From positions 64,001 to 128,000 of the forward strand of contig JAZDDX010000017.1 in NCBI GenBank assembly GCA_043809315.1: DNA of 64,000 bases, in the 5' to 3' direction. Source of the DNA: Pseudomonadota bacterium. Its GTDB lineage: Bacteria; Bdellovibrionota_G; JALEGL01; DATDPG01. The notes under the pieces were generated by a model. It searched no databases. It was not told the DNA's origin and was given only the letters and a program-made list of their open reading frames with translations. Of this stretch, positions 8,682 to 20,406 are shown piece after piece. The stretch's first letter is position 1. Each line of letters begins with the position of its first letter. The translations under genes and the position numbers were made by a program.

Positions 8682-10229
8682 ATGGCCGGTAACGACAAAG
8701 TCGTCCTGATGGTGCTGGACGGGTGGGGGGCGCGGGCTGAGAAAGAAGGGAACGCGATCACCGCCGCCGTGGCACCGAACTACCGGCGTCTTCTCGGCTC
8801 TTTTCCCTCGACGCAGCTCGAGGCCTCGGGGCTCCCGGTCGGCCTTCCCGACGGCGTGATGGGGAACTCGGAGGTCGGGCACATGAACATCGGGAGCGGC
8901 CGGTGCGTTCAGCAGGAACAGGTGCGGATCCATACGGCGATCACGGACGGGTCTTTTTATCGAAACGAGGTCCTTCGAAATGCAATGGCGGTTGCGCGGG
9001 AGAAGGGGACGAACCTCCATCTGATCGGCCTCGTTTCCCAAGGAAACGTCCACAGCGCGGAACGGCACTACCTCGCGTTAATCGGGATGGCTCGCAAAGA
9101 AAAGGTCCCGGCGGAACGCGTCTTCGTTCACGCATTTCTCGACGGACGCGATACCGCCCCCCGGAGCGCAGAGGAATATTTGAAGAACGTGGAGACGACG
9201 CTCGCGCGCGAGGGGGGGAGGATCGCTTCAATCTCCGGCCGGTTCTACGCGATGGACCGCGACAAACGATGGGAGCGAGTCGATCAGGCGTATCGGGCGC
9301 TCGTGCGGGGGGACGGCTTCAAGACGACGGGTGCTCTGGAAGCATTGCACGCGGCCTATGTCCGGGCGGAAGACGACGAGTTCGTGCAACCGACGCTCGT
9401 GACCGATCCGGCCGGGACTCCGATCGCGAAGATCTCGTCCGGCGATTCGGTGATCTGTTTCAACTTCCGTCCCGACCGGATGCGGGAGATCGTCCGGGCT
9501 CTCACGAATCACGACGGGCCGGTCCCGTCGCTCGATCGGAATCTCAAAATCGAGATCTGCTCGTTCACGAAGTACGAAAAGAGTTTCACTCTGCCCGTGG
9601 CGTTTGCGCCACAGGATCTGACGATGTGCCTGGGGGAGGTCGTTTCGTGCCATCACATGCAGCAGTTCCGGACGGCGGAGACGGAGAAGTACGCGCACGT
9701 GACCTATTTCTTGAACGGCGGCCGGGAGACTCCGTTCGACGGGGAAGAGAGGCAGATGATCCCGTCGCCGAAGGTACGAACGTACGACTTGCAACCGGAG
9801 ATGAGTTCTTTAGAGGTGACGGAGAGCGTGCTTCACCGGATCCGGGCCGGGAACGACCGGCTGATCGTCGTGAACTTCGCGCAGCCCGACATGGTGGGGC
9901 ACACCGGGATCTTCGACGCGGCGGTGGCGGCGGTCGAGGCGACCGATCGGGCGATCGGAAAGATCGCCGAGGCGGCGGCCGCGTGCGGATACACGTTGTT
10001 CATCACCGCCGACCACGGGAACGTCGAGCAGATGAAAGATCCGGTTTCCGGGAAGCCGTTTACGGCGCATACGACGAACCCGGTTCCATTTATCTGCATC
10101 GGCCCCGAGAAGAAGAAGGTTCGGCTCGCGGATCATGGGGCGCTCTGCGACATCGCGCCGACGGTACTCAAGGTTCTCGGGATCACCCCCCCGGCACAGA
10201 TGACGGGGAAGAATCTTCTAATAGTCTAA
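8682..10229 (+). CDS. gpmI: 2,3-bisphosphoglycerate-independent phosphoglycerate mutase
   Basis: LDGWG, MGNSEVGHMNIG, LDGRD, AMDRDKRW, AETEKYAHVT, DMVGHTG, TADHGN, AHTTNPVP. Confidence 0.97.
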   Translation: MAGNDKVVLMVLDGWGARAEKEGNAITAAVAPNYRRLLGSFPSTQLEASGLPVGLPDGVMGNSEVGHMNIGSGRCVQQEQVRIHTAITDGSFYRNEVLRNAMAVAREKGTNLHLIGLVSQGNVHSAERHYLALIGMARKEKVPAERVFVHAFLDGRDTAPRSAEEYLKNVETTLAREGGRIASISGRFYAMDRDKRWERVDQAYRALVRGDGFKTTGALEALHAAYVRAEDDEFVQPTLVTDPAGTPIAKISSGDSVICFNFRPDRMREIVRALTNHDGPVPSLDRNLKIEICSFTKYEKSFTLPVAFAPQDLTMCLGEVVSCHHMQQFRTAETEKYAHVTYFLNGGRETPFDGEERQMIPSPKVRTYDLQPEMSSLEVTESVLHRIRAGNDRLIVVNFAQPDMVGHTGIFDAAVAAVEATDRAIGKIAEAAAACGYTLFITADHGNVEQMKDPVSGKPFTAHTTNPVPFICIGPEKKKVRLADHGALCDIAPTVLKVLGITPPAQMTGKNLLIV

Positions 10230-12196
10230 CGGAGGTTCGGCCGCGCCTTGCTGGGCATTGAAGTCGATCGGCTGATCCACCTTGGCGTGGGTCCGCAGGT
10301 ATTTGCTCCATTGTTCGAGGCGGTCGCGACCCGCATCCTCCGCCGTCGTGGCCCGGAGCCCTTCCCGCTCTTTCTCAAAAACCGCCCAATCCGGGCGGAC
10401 CCTCTTCTTGAGGGCCAGTAGGTAGACCCCTCCCTGGGTTTGAACCGGCTCCGTGAAGAACGGCTTTGGCTCGGTCAGCAGGAACGCCCCCTTCATCACC
10501 GATTCCGACATCCCGAGTTTCGGGACCCGGTTGTCGAACGAGCGGGGGAACTCCCCCGTCTCCTCGACGATGAGCCCGATGCTCTTCGCCAACTCTCCGA
10601 TCGGCTTGCCCGAGGCGATCCATTTCGCAAGGAGGTTGCTGGCGTATTCGGCCAGAGCTCGTTCGCGGAGATTCTTCAGGAACCCTTCCGAAACTTTTGT
10701 CCGGACCTCGGCGAGCGCCGGCACGCGGGAGGGGCGGATCGAGACGACGCGGACGAGATAGAGGTTCCCGGAGGGGACGCGGACCGAGGTGCTGACGGCA
10801 CCCGACGCGAGCGACTGAGCCGCGCGCAGGATCTCGCCGCTGTCCGCGGGGTCGACAAGTCCCGGGAACGATCCGGTCGTCTCCACCTCTGCGGTACCGA
10901 AATACCGGAGCGTGGCTTCTCGTTTGGTTTCGCGGAACGCCTTAGTCCCTGCGGAGGCCTTGAACGCCTCGAGCTTTGGTTCCGCTTTCTTGAAGAACCG
11001 ATCGAGTTGCTCCGGTTTCCGTGTGTATTCCCGCTTCCACTCCGCCAGGAGTTCCGGCTTCAAGCGTTCGACCGTCTTGGGACCGGCGGGGATCTTCTCG
11101 ATCAGCTTCACGATGTGCCATCCGAACTGCGTTTGGAACGGGGCGGAGATCTCCCCCGGTTTCATCCCGAATGTTTTCGCGTCGAACTCTTTGACCATGG
11201 CCCCTTTACCGAACCAGCCGAGGTCTCCCCCCCCTCTGAACGGCTCCCGTCCTCGCTTTCGGCGCGCGCGACCTTCGAGAACTCGGCTTCACCCTTGATC
11301 CGTGCGTAGATCGCGTCCACCCTCTTTTGGGCCACGGCGACATCGATTCCGGTACGGATCAGGATGTGCGCGGCGTGAGCCCGTTCCCCGGTGACCGCCA
11401 CGTCCTTTTCTTTCGCGAACTTCTTGCCGAGGAGATCCTTCAGGTCGGAATCGGTCGGCGTGACGAGATCGGTGAGGTTGTACCCGACCACCTCGAGTTC
11501 TCGCGCCTCCGGGATCTGATACGCCGCCGCGCGCTCGTCGTAATACCTCTTTAGGTCGGCCTCGGTCGGTGTCGCGGGAGCCGGAAGCCGGCTCGCCAGT
11601 TTGGTAGGATCGAGACGGACGAAATCGAGCGAGACCTGGTCGTTCCGCATCTCAAAGAGCCGACGGAGCTCTTCCGTGCTGACCAGCGTGGTCTGTCGAA
11701 GCAAGCCATCGTACTCCCAGGCGAGTTGGGTGGCCGCTTCGTCCTTTTCGAATTCGCCGGTCGTCTTTCCGAACCGGGAGCGGATGTAGTTCCGGTAAAA
11801 GTCGAAGTTGAACTCCTCCTTGGCTCCGGCGAACTGCATCCGGATCACCTTCCGCACCTGTTCGGGGGAGACACGCAATCCGATCTGTCGCGCCTGGCGC
11901 GTTTTGATCTTCTCGTCGATCAGCGTTTGCAGGGCGTTCTGCTGGATCATCCGGAGGAGATCGTCCGAGGTATCGTTCCGCAGGAGCCCCATCTGCCGGT
12001 ACCTCTCGAGGAGGTTCTGGTACCGAATCTGAAGGTCACGGCTGGAGATCGACTCCCCGTTCACCGATGCCATCACGCCGGCGCTCAACCCGCGGCTTCC
12101 CCGGAAGCCGTAGAACGAGATGAACGAGAGGACGAGGGCACCCAAGAGGATCTTGACCCACAAGGACGAAACCGCGGTGCGCATTTCCTGAAGCAT
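10218..12196 (-). pseudogene. ppiD: PpiD/SurA-family parvulin peptidyl-prolyl isomerase split by a frameshift in a G8 run (real lesion or assembly error)
   Basis: ORF 11162-12196 has the membrane anchor, SurA-N region and AAHILI. ORF 10218-11198 has MVKEFD...QFGWHIVK. The GGDLGWFGKG motif forms only across a frame change at 11227-11234. Confidence 0.85.
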
Positions 12197-12223
12197 GGAG
12201 CGAAGCTAGCGATTTACCCTTAA

Positions 12224-13312
<1,089 letters not shown>

Positions 13313-13313
13313 C

Positions 13314-14138
13314 GTGACTCGGCTGATCAAGTTGATCGCCGCGATCCTCGTTTTCCTCTACCTCGGTCTTCAGCTACTCTCCTTCAACTTCCAGAAAAAG
13401 GGGAATCTCCGCACCCCCGAGCGGATCGTGGTGGCGATCACCGCGCCGGGGCAGAAGCTCACGACCGGGATCACGAGCGGTCTTTCCGCGATCGGGCACC
13501 ACTACCTGCTGCTCTCGGGGGTCGCGAGGGAGAACGAAACCCTGGCCGCAGAGCGCGACCGTTTGAAATCCCAGCTGGTGCACTTAGGGGAGATGGAGTC
13601 CGAAAACGGGCGGCTCCGGGAACTGTTGGGGCTCGGGAAGCCGAAAAGTTTGCAGATCACCGGTGCGGAGCTGATCGCCCGGGGGATGTCGCCGTACGAA
13701 CGGACGATCCGGGTCGGGAAGGGCTCCCGCGAGGGCATCTCGCCCGGGATGGCGGTGATTCATCCCAAAGGGGTGGTGGGGCAGGTGATCGAGGCGCTGC
13801 CCGATCGGTCCGACATCCTGTTGATCACCGATCAGGCCAGTGCCATCGACGTGATCGACCAGCGCTCGCGCGTGCGCGGGATCCTGCGCGGAAACAAGTA
13901 CGACGAGCTCAAGTTCGAGTTCGTTCCGAAGAACGAAGATCTGAAGGTGGGGGATGAGATCGTTTCATCGGGGTTGGACGGGGTCTATCCGGAAGGGATT
14001 CCGGTCGGAACGATCACGGCGGTCGGGAAGGGGAGCGGGCAGCTGTTCCTTTCGGCCGCGGTCCGGCCGCACGTCGACGTGATGGGACTCGAAGAGGTGG
14101 CGATCGTGACCGGACGCGGGAAGGGGGAGTCGCCATGA
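13314..14138 (+). CDS. mreC: Rod shape-determining protein MreC
   Basis: TM helix, coiled coil ENGRLRELL, GVVGQV, SSGLDGVYPEGIPVG; operon position. Confidence 0.93.
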   Translation: MTRLIKLIAAILVFLYLGLQLLSFNFQKKGNLRTPERIVVAITAPGQKLTTGITSGLSAIGHHYLLLSGVARENETLAAERDRLKSQLVHLGEMESENGRLRELLGLGKPKSLQITGAELIARGMSPYERTIRVGKGSREGISPGMAVIHPKGVVGQVIEALPDRSDILLITDQASAIDVIDQRSRVRGILRGNKYDELKFEFVPKNEDLKVGDEIVSSGLDGVYPEGIPVGTITAVGKGSGQLFLSAAVRPHVDVMGLEEVAIVTGRGKGESP

Positions 14139-14695
14139 AAGCGATGCTCTTCATCCTCGTGATGGCCGTTTTTTTGCTCGTGCTTCAAACCGCGCTGATG
14201 CCCCGGATGATTCTCGCGATCACCTGGATTCCCGGCTTGGAGTTCGTTTCCGGGCACACGATCGATTTCGCGCTGATCACGCTCGTCTATCTCGTGTTCC
14301 ATCGCGACCTCCTCGGGGCTCTTCTCTGGGCGGCGATCTTCAGCATCCTGGCTGCCTCGTTCGGAACGGGGTGGCGCGGGGCCGCCGGGATCGGATATTT
14401 TGCGGTCGCGCTGGGAAGCTCGTTCGTCAAGAAGAACCTCCTGCTGGAGAGCCGTTGGTCGGTCATCTTGCTGACGGCCGGGATCACGCTGTTCGAGGGG
14501 TTCGCTCATCTCTGGGCGGGGCATATCTTCAACCGGATCCCCGATCCGCTCGCGGGGCAGTGGGGGACGATCCTGACACAGGCCGGGTTGAACGCGTTGG
14601 CGGCGCCGCTGCTCTATTCGTTTCTCTATTTTTTCGACGGGATCGCCGGAGGGCGTACCGCGCGGAGGCGCCACTCGCTCCTGGCCGACGTGTAA
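14135..14695 (+). CDS. mreD: MreD-like membrane protein
   Basis: Hydrophobic 186-aa protein between mreC and PBP2, with an ATGA overlap. Confidence 0.8.
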   Translation: MKAMLFILVMAVFLLVLQTALMPRMILAITWIPGLEFVSGHTIDFALITLVYLVFHRDLLGALLWAAIFSILAASFGTGWRGAAGIGYFAVALGSSFVKKNLLLESRWSVILLTAGITLFEGFAHLWAGHIFNRIPDPLAGQWGTILTQAGLNALAAPLLYSFLYFFDGIAGGRTARRRHSLLADV

Positions 14696-14698
14696 CCC

Positions 14699-16540
14699 GT
14701 GTCGCTCAAGCTCCAAGACAGCTCACCGCAGGAGGATTTCCGATCGCGGTTCGCCGCCACAGGGGTGCTGGTCGCGATGATCTTCGCTCTCCTGCTCGGG
14801 CGCGCGTGGTACCTGCAGATTTTCAACGGCCGGAAGTGGCGGGAGTTCTCCGAGGCGAACCGGATCGAGATCAAGCGTCTTCCCGCCATGCGCGGGCGGG
14901 TCCTCGACCGGCACGGCCGGATCATCGCCGACAGCCGCCCGTCGTTCGATCTCACGATGACCCCTGCGCAGGTCGGGAAAGTCGCGGAGGACACCATCCA
15001 CAGGCTGATCGATCTTCTCTCCTGGAAGGATGTCAAGCCGGAGGAGATCCTGGACAAACTGAGAGCGGGGAACCCGAACGATCCGGTCGTCATCAAGAGG
15101 GATATGTCGCGGGACGAGCTGGCGCTGTTCCTCGCGCGGCAATACGCCTTCCGCGGCGTCGAGGTGATCGATTCCCCGGCACGTTCGTACCCGTTCGGAA
15201 CGCACGGGAGCCACCTTCTCGGCTACCTCGGCGAGGTGAGTCGACAGGATCTGAAGTCGCTCGAGAAGGAGGGGGAGGTCGGATACCGCTTCGGGGATGT
15301 CTGGGGGATCTCGGGGATCGAGAGGGAGTATGAGGGGGTCCTGCGCGGTGAGAACGGCGGGATTCCGATCATCGTCGATGCCTGGGGGAGGAAGGTCGGG
15401 ACGGAGTTCTCCGATGCCCTTCTGCCGGAGTTCCAACCGCGCGAGCCGAGTCCGGGGACCGATCTCGTTCTCGCGATCGACGGCAACACGCAGGAAGCGG
15501 CCGAAGCCGCCTTCACCCACGAAGCGGGAGCGGTCGTCGCGATCGATCCTAGGAACGGAGACGTCATCGCTCTCGTGAGCCGCCCGGAATACGCTCCGGA
15601 CCAGTTCGCGCGCGGGGTTTCGCACCGCTACTGGAGCGTGCTGACGAACGACCCGAAGAACCCGCTCTACGACCGGACGCTCCGCGGGCAATACCCACCC
15701 GGATCGACCTTCAAGATGGTGACCGGAACCGCGGCGCTGCAGGAAAAGGTCGTGAGCCTCGACGAAAAGGTTTTCTGCCCGGGACACTACCGGCTCGGAC
15801 GGGAGACGAAGAAATGCTGGAAACAAGGGGGGCACGGCTGGGTCGATTTTCACAAGGCGGTCGTGCAGTCGTGTGACGTCTATTTCTACGAGATGGGAAG
15901 ACGTCTCGGGGTCGACCGGATCGCGAAATACGCACGAAGTTACGGCTTCGGGGAGGCGACCGGGATCGGGATCAACCGGGAGGAGAGAGGATTGGTGCCG
16001 ACCGAGGCGTGGAAACAGAAGGTTTATCACCAGCCGTGGGTCGGCGGGGAGACGCTCTCGGTCGCGATCGGACAAGGGGCGATGTCGGTCACCCCGATCC
16101 AACTCGCGGTCGCCTATGCCGCTCTCTCGAACGCCGGGAAGGTGATGCAGCCGCGGATCGCCCTGGAGGCGCGCGAACTGGACGGGAAGACGGTCGAGAA
16201 ATACCCCCCTCGCGTCCGCCATCAGTTCAGCCTCGATCCGACGAATTGGCGCGCGATCCTCGACGGGCTCGGGGGAGTCGTGAACGAACCGGGAGGGACC
16301 GCCTATTTTTCGGGCCGCTCGGCTCTTTTCAAGATCGGCGGGAAGACGGGAACCGCCCAGACGGTCGGGAAGGGGGCGAGCGTGAATCTGGGGGATCACG
16401 CCTGGTTCGTGGCGTTCGCGCCGGTCGATGAACCGCGCATCGCGGTCGCCGTGATCGTCGAACACGGCGGGCACGGCGGTACGGTGTCGGCTCCGATCGC
16501 CCGAAAGGTGATCGAGACGTATCTGGGAGGGGCGAAATGA
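14699..16540 (+). CDS. mrdA: Penicillin-binding protein 2
   Basis: RGRVLDR, PPGSTFK (SxxK), SCDVYFY, KTGTAQ, HAWFVAFAP. Confidence 0.96.
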   Translation: MSLKLQDSSPQEDFRSRFAATGVLVAMIFALLLGRAWYLQIFNGRKWREFSEANRIEIKRLPAMRGRVLDRHGRIIADSRPSFDLTMTPAQVGKVAEDTIHRLIDLLSWKDVKPEEILDKLRAGNPNDPVVIKRDMSRDELALFLARQYAFRGVEVIDSPARSYPFGTHGSHLLGYLGEVSRQDLKSLEKEGEVGYRFGDVWGISGIEREYEGVLRGENGGIPIIVDAWGRKVGTEFSDALLPEFQPREPSPGTDLVLAIDGNTQEAAEAAFTHEAGAVVAIDPRNGDVIALVSRPEYAPDQFARGVSHRYWSVLTNDPKNPLYDRTLRGQYPPGSTFKMVTGTAALQEKVVSLDEKVFCPGHYRLGRETKKCWKQGGHGWVDFHKAVVQSCDVYFYEMGRRLGVDRIAKYARSYGFGEATGIGINREERGLVPTEAWKQKVYHQPWVGGETLSVAIGQGAMSVTPIQLAVAYAALSNAGKVMQPRIALEARELDGKTVEKYPPRVRHQFSLDPTNWRAILDGLGGVVNEPGGTAYFSGRSALFKIGGKTGTAQTVGKGASVNLGDHAWFVAFAPVDEPRIAVAVIVEHGGHGGTVSAPIARKVIETYLGGAK

Positions 16541-17640
16541 AGCAACCGTACGACCGCAGGCTTGCGTCGCACTTCGATTGGCCCCTGTTCGTCTGCACGG
16601 CGCTCATCGTCGCGCTGGGCCTGCTGAATCTCCACAGTGCGACGTTCAACCTGCCGGTCGCGCGCTACTTCCGGTCGCAGTTTCTCTGGGCCGGCATCGG
16701 GTTCCTGTTTCTTTTCTCGATGGTTCTGTTCGACTACCGGCGTCTGACGAGACTCGTCTATCCGTTTTACGGGCTCGTCCTCGTCCTTTTGGTTCTCGTC
16801 ATGCTCAAAGGGCGGACGGCGCAGGGGGCGCAACGGTGGGTTCAGATCGGGCCTCTTTCGATCCAACCGTCCGAGTTGGCGAAGCTGGCGATGGCTCTCT
16901 GTCTTGCCCGGTACTTTCACGCGCGGCGGGAAAAGGGGGCGCTGGGGATCCGGGGATTGCTGATTCCCGGACTCCTGGTCGTCGTTCCGTTCGGTCTCGT
17001 ACTCAAACAGCCGGATCTCGGGACCGCGCTCGTGATCTTGATGACCGCGCTCGCCATGATCCTCTTCATCGGGGTCGAGCGGAGGATCATCGCGGTTGCG
17101 TTGGTCTTGACGGCGCTTTCGGCACCTCTCGTGTGGAAGTATGCGTTGCACGGGTACCAGAAAGACCGCGTGATCACCTTCCTGAATCCCGAAAAGTTCT
17201 CGCAGGGGAAGGGGTATCAGGTGATTCAGTCGATGGTGGCGATCGGCTCGGGAGAATTGACCGGGAAGGGGTATCTCAAAGGGAGTCAGAGCAAGCTCCA
17301 GTTTCTCCCGAAGCAGTACACCGACTTCGTCTTTTCGAACTTCGCCGAGGAGTTCGGTTTCTTAGGTTCGATGATCCTTCTCGGCCTCTATGCCGCCTTC
17401 ACGTTCCTGGGGGTGAACGTCGCCTATACGGCCAAGGAGTCGTTCGGGATGTTGCTGTCGCTCGGGCTCACGTCGTTCATCGCGGGGCAAGCCGCGATCA
17501 ATCTCGGGATGGAGACCGGCGCCCTGCCGGTGGTCGGGGTTGCATTGCCCCTCTTCAGCTACGGAGGGACGTCGCTCCTCACCTCCCTGTTGTCGGTGGG
17601 GATTCTGCTGAACGTTTCGATGCGGCGGTTTATTTTCTGA
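16537..17640 (+). CDS. rodA: Peptidoglycan glycosyltransferase RodA
   Basis: GAQRW, QPSELAK, QPDLGT, TDFVFS, SYGGTS. Confidence 0.96.
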   Translation: MKQPYDRRLASHFDWPLFVCTALIVALGLLNLHSATFNLPVARYFRSQFLWAGIGFLFLFSMVLFDYRRLTRLVYPFYGLVLVLLVLVMLKGRTAQGAQRWVQIGPLSIQPSELAKLAMALCLARYFHARREKGALGIRGLLIPGLLVVVPFGLVLKQPDLGTALVILMTALAMILFIGVERRIIAVALVLTALSAPLVWKYALHGYQKDRVITFLNPEKFSQGKGYQVIQSMVAIGSGELTGKGYLKGSQSKLQFLPKQYTDFVFSNFAEEFGFLGSMILLGLYAAFTFLGVNVAYTAKESFGMLLSLGLTSFIAGQAAINLGMETGALPVVGVALPLFSYGGTSLLTSLLSVGILLNVSMRRFIF

Positions 17641-17643
17641 AAA

Positions 17644-17976
17644 CTAGATCGCCTTCTTGATCAGGCGCTCGATGTTCTCTTTCGGCACGGCGCCGACGAC
17701 TTGATCCAGGATCTTACCATCCTTGAACAGGATCAGCGTCGGGATCCCGCGGATCCCGTATTGCGTCGGCACCGCAGGGTTGCTGTCGATGTCGAGCTTC
17801 CGGAACTGGATCTTGTCCTTATAAGTTCCGGCGAGTTCCTCGACCACCGGGGCAATCGCGCGGCACGGCGCGCACCAGGCGGCCCAGAAGTCGACCAGCG
17901 TCGGCTTGCTCGCCTTGAGAACCTCTTTCTGGAACGCAGCGTCGGTTACAGGAGCTACCAATTTGTCGTCTGCCAT
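17644..17976 (-). CDS. trxA: Thioredoxin
   Basis: 110 aa from ATG 17976. VDFWAAWCAPC and GIPTL. Confidence 0.95.
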   Translation of the reverse strand: MADDKLVAPVTDAAFQKEVLKASKPTLVDFWAAWCAPCRAIAPVVEELAGTYKDKIQFRKLDIDSNPAVPTQYGIRGIPTLILFKDGKILDQVVGAVPKENIERLIKKAI

Positions 17977-18051
17977 AAGTCGCGGCAAGCTAGAAGAAAA
18001 CCTAGAGGGTGTCAACCGCTGTGATACCCTGCGACACCTGACGGAACCCGT

Positions 18052-19590
18052 ATGCCGCCTGAGGAACAGAGTGTAGGCAATCTTTCGGATCGGCCCCTGC
18101 CGCATCTCCTGTTGTGGGTCTATCAGACCTCGTTTTCGGGGGTTCTGGTGCTCGCCCGGGAAGATGTGAAAAAGTCGATCGTCTTCGAGAAAGGGAAGAT
18201 CGTTGCCGCCCGTTCGAACGTTCCGACGGAGGTTCTGAGCGCGCTCCTGTTGGAAGAGGGGAAGCTCACGCCTGAACAGCTCCGGACATCCCTCGAAAAA
18301 ATCCACGGCAAGGAGACGATGCGCCAGGGGGAGATCCTGATTCAGATGGGGGTCATCGATCACGCGGGCTTGAACGAAGTGCTTCAAAGGCAGCTCTTGC
18401 GGAGAATCCACGAGACCTTCAGCTGGCCGGAGGGGAGGTACGGGTTCGTCGCGAAGATCCCGGAAGATACCTCGAGGATCTCGATCGACATGCGGATTCC
18501 GGAGATTTGTTACCGTGGACTGTTCCAGCGGTACAAGGGATCGAAGGAGGCGGCCGATCTCCAGGATACGGTGACGCCGAACTTCGTTGGCGGGCAGAAC
18601 TGGAACATCACGGATCTCCGTCTGGTCGGCCGGGAGATGGGGGTCCATCGGGTGATCAACGGGCTCGCGACCCTCGCCCAGATCGCGGAACGATCGAAGA
18701 CCGAAATCGATACCGTTCGGGCCATGCTTCTCTCGCTTCGGGACTTGGGGCTGGTCCGTCTGACGAGCGAGGATCGTATGCAAGTGCAGTCCGATTTCGT
18801 GCGCCGGGGGCAGCCCCTCGGTCCTGCGGGAGGGGCGGCGGCCGACACCGCGGCGATGGCGGAGGTGATGAAACTCCTCAAGGCGTTCGAAGGGAAGAAT
18901 CACTTCGAGGTGCTGGGGATTCCGCGGACCGCAAGCCTGCCCGACATCAAGGCCGCATACTTCACCCTGGCCAAGAAGCTCCACCCGGACCGGGTCGGCG
19001 TTCCTTCGGGTACGCCTGAGAGGAAGATGGTCGAGGACCTCTTCACCCGGATCACGGAAGCACAAAGCATTCTGGCTAACGACGTTTCCCGGAAGGAGTA
19101 CATGGCCTCCCTCGATCTCGCCGCGTCCGGAGCCGCGGGTGGCGCGGAGGCAGCTCATGTCCTTAATTCGGAACTCGCCTTCCAGAAGGGGGGCATTCTG
19201 ATCAAGAAAGGGGATTTCGCCGGTGCGATCGATCTTTTAAAGGAAGCGACGAGGCTGTACGACAAGGAACCGGAGTATTTTGTCTCTCTCGGCTGGGCGC
19301 TCTATCGGCAAGGGTCGAAGACGAAGGACCCAGCCAAGATGAAGGAAGGGAAAGCGGAGATCGAGAAGGCGTTGGTTCAAAACGCTCGGCTGAATCAGGC
19401 CCAATACTACCTGGGCCTGATCGCCAAAGCGGAGGGGAACCTCGAAAAGGCGAAGAAGCAGTTCGAGAAGACGATCGAACTGAATCGCCGGCATACCGAG
19501 GCCGCTTCGGAGCTTCGGGTCATGAACATGCGCGAATCGAAAGAACCGCAGAGTAAATTCAAAGGGCTGTTCAAGAAGAAAGAGGAGTGA
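18052..19590 (+). CDS. DUF4388-like / MshEN-like / J-domain / TPR protein
   Basis: N-terminal GNLSDRPLPHLL...SGVL...FEKGKIVAARSN. RQGEILIQMGVIDHAGLNEVLQRQ. J-domain NHFEVLGI...LAKKLHPD. C-terminal TPRs. Confidence 0.8.
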   Translation: MPPEEQSVGNLSDRPLPHLLLWVYQTSFSGVLVLAREDVKKSIVFEKGKIVAARSNVPTEVLSALLLEEGKLTPEQLRTSLEKIHGKETMRQGEILIQMGVIDHAGLNEVLQRQLLRRIHETFSWPEGRYGFVAKIPEDTSRISIDMRIPEICYRGLFQRYKGSKEAADLQDTVTPNFVGGQNWNITDLRLVGREMGVHRVINGLATLAQIAERSKTEIDTVRAMLLSLRDLGLVRLTSEDRMQVQSDFVRRGQPLGPAGGAAADTAAMAEVMKLLKAFEGKNHFEVLGIPRTASLPDIKAAYFTLAKKLHPDRVGVPSGTPERKMVEDLFTRITEAQSILANDVSRKEYMASLDLAASGAAGGAEAAHVLNSELAFQKGGILIKKGDFAGAIDLLKEATRLYDKEPEYFVSLGWALYRQGSKTKDPAKMKEGKAEIEKALVQNARLNQAQYYLGLIAKAEGNLEKAKKQFEKTIELNRRHTEAASELRVMNMRESKEPQSKFKGLFKKKEE

Positions 19591-19593
19591 CGC

Positions 19594-20406
19594 GTGCTCG
19601 CCTTCGAGATCACCACCACCACGGCGTACTTGATCGCCACGATCTTTCTGTCGGTCGACCTCGTCCGGCGGGAGTCTCGGTACCGGCAGCCGTTTCTCTG
19701 GCTTCTCTTTCTCGGTTTCGCGTTTTCGACGATCGATCTGATCCTCCACTCGATTCATGCGGTCCGCGGGGGATTTCTGCCGTTCTCGGGTGCCCCCCGA
19801 TCGTTGTCGATGCTCTCCTGGATGCTGATCGTGATCGTTCTCTACACGCAAGCGAAAGAGCGTTGGTTTCCGGTCTCGGCGCTCCTGACCCCCATCGCGT
19901 TCGTTTCTTCGCTCCTGGCGTTGTTCCAGCATGAATCGATGGAACCGGTGCGTGGGGAGACCACCACCGCGGTCTTTGTCCTGCATGTGGCGGTCCTCCT
20001 CTTCGGGATCGGATGTGTCTGTCTGGCGTTCTGTTCGGCGCTTCTCTACCTGGTCCAGCAACGGGAGCTCAAATCGAAGCATGTCGGCCGTCTTCTGGCC
20101 CTTCTGCCGCCGCTCGAAGTCCTCGATCGGACGGCGCTGCGCTCGATGATTCTCGGAGTCGTGTTACTGACGATCGGGAACGCCACGGGGATCTATCTCG
20201 CGCACGTGTACTGGAAGACCGAATGGCTTTCGCAGAAGAAGTTCGTGTTTTCAATGCTGACCTGGTGGTGGTTCGTCATCTCCCTCGGCGTGCGGTATCT
20301 CGTGGGATGGCGGGGAGGGCGTTTCTTCGCCCTGATCGTCGTCGGCTTCATCTTCCTTCTTTTCACCCTCGCCCTTTCGGTGCTCCGGACTTGGCCATGG
20401 ATTTAG
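19594..20406 (+). CDS. Cytochrome c assembly family (CcsA/HemX-like) membrane protein
   Basis: Multi-TM, LLYLVQQRELKSK...LPPLEVLD, GWRG; directly upstream of hemA. Confidence 0.8.
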   Translation: MLAFEITTTTAYLIATIFLSVDLVRRESRYRQPFLWLLFLGFAFSTIDLILHSIHAVRGGFLPFSGAPRSLSMLSWMLIVIVLYTQAKERWFPVSALLTPIAFVSSLLALFQHESMEPVRGETTTAVFVLHVAVLLFGIGCVCLAFCSALLYLVQQRELKSKHVGRLLALLPPLEVLDRTALRSMILGVVLLTIGNATGIYLAHVYWKTEWLSQKKFVFSMLTWWWFVISLGVRYLVGWRGGRFFALIVVGFIFLLFTLALSVLRTWPWI

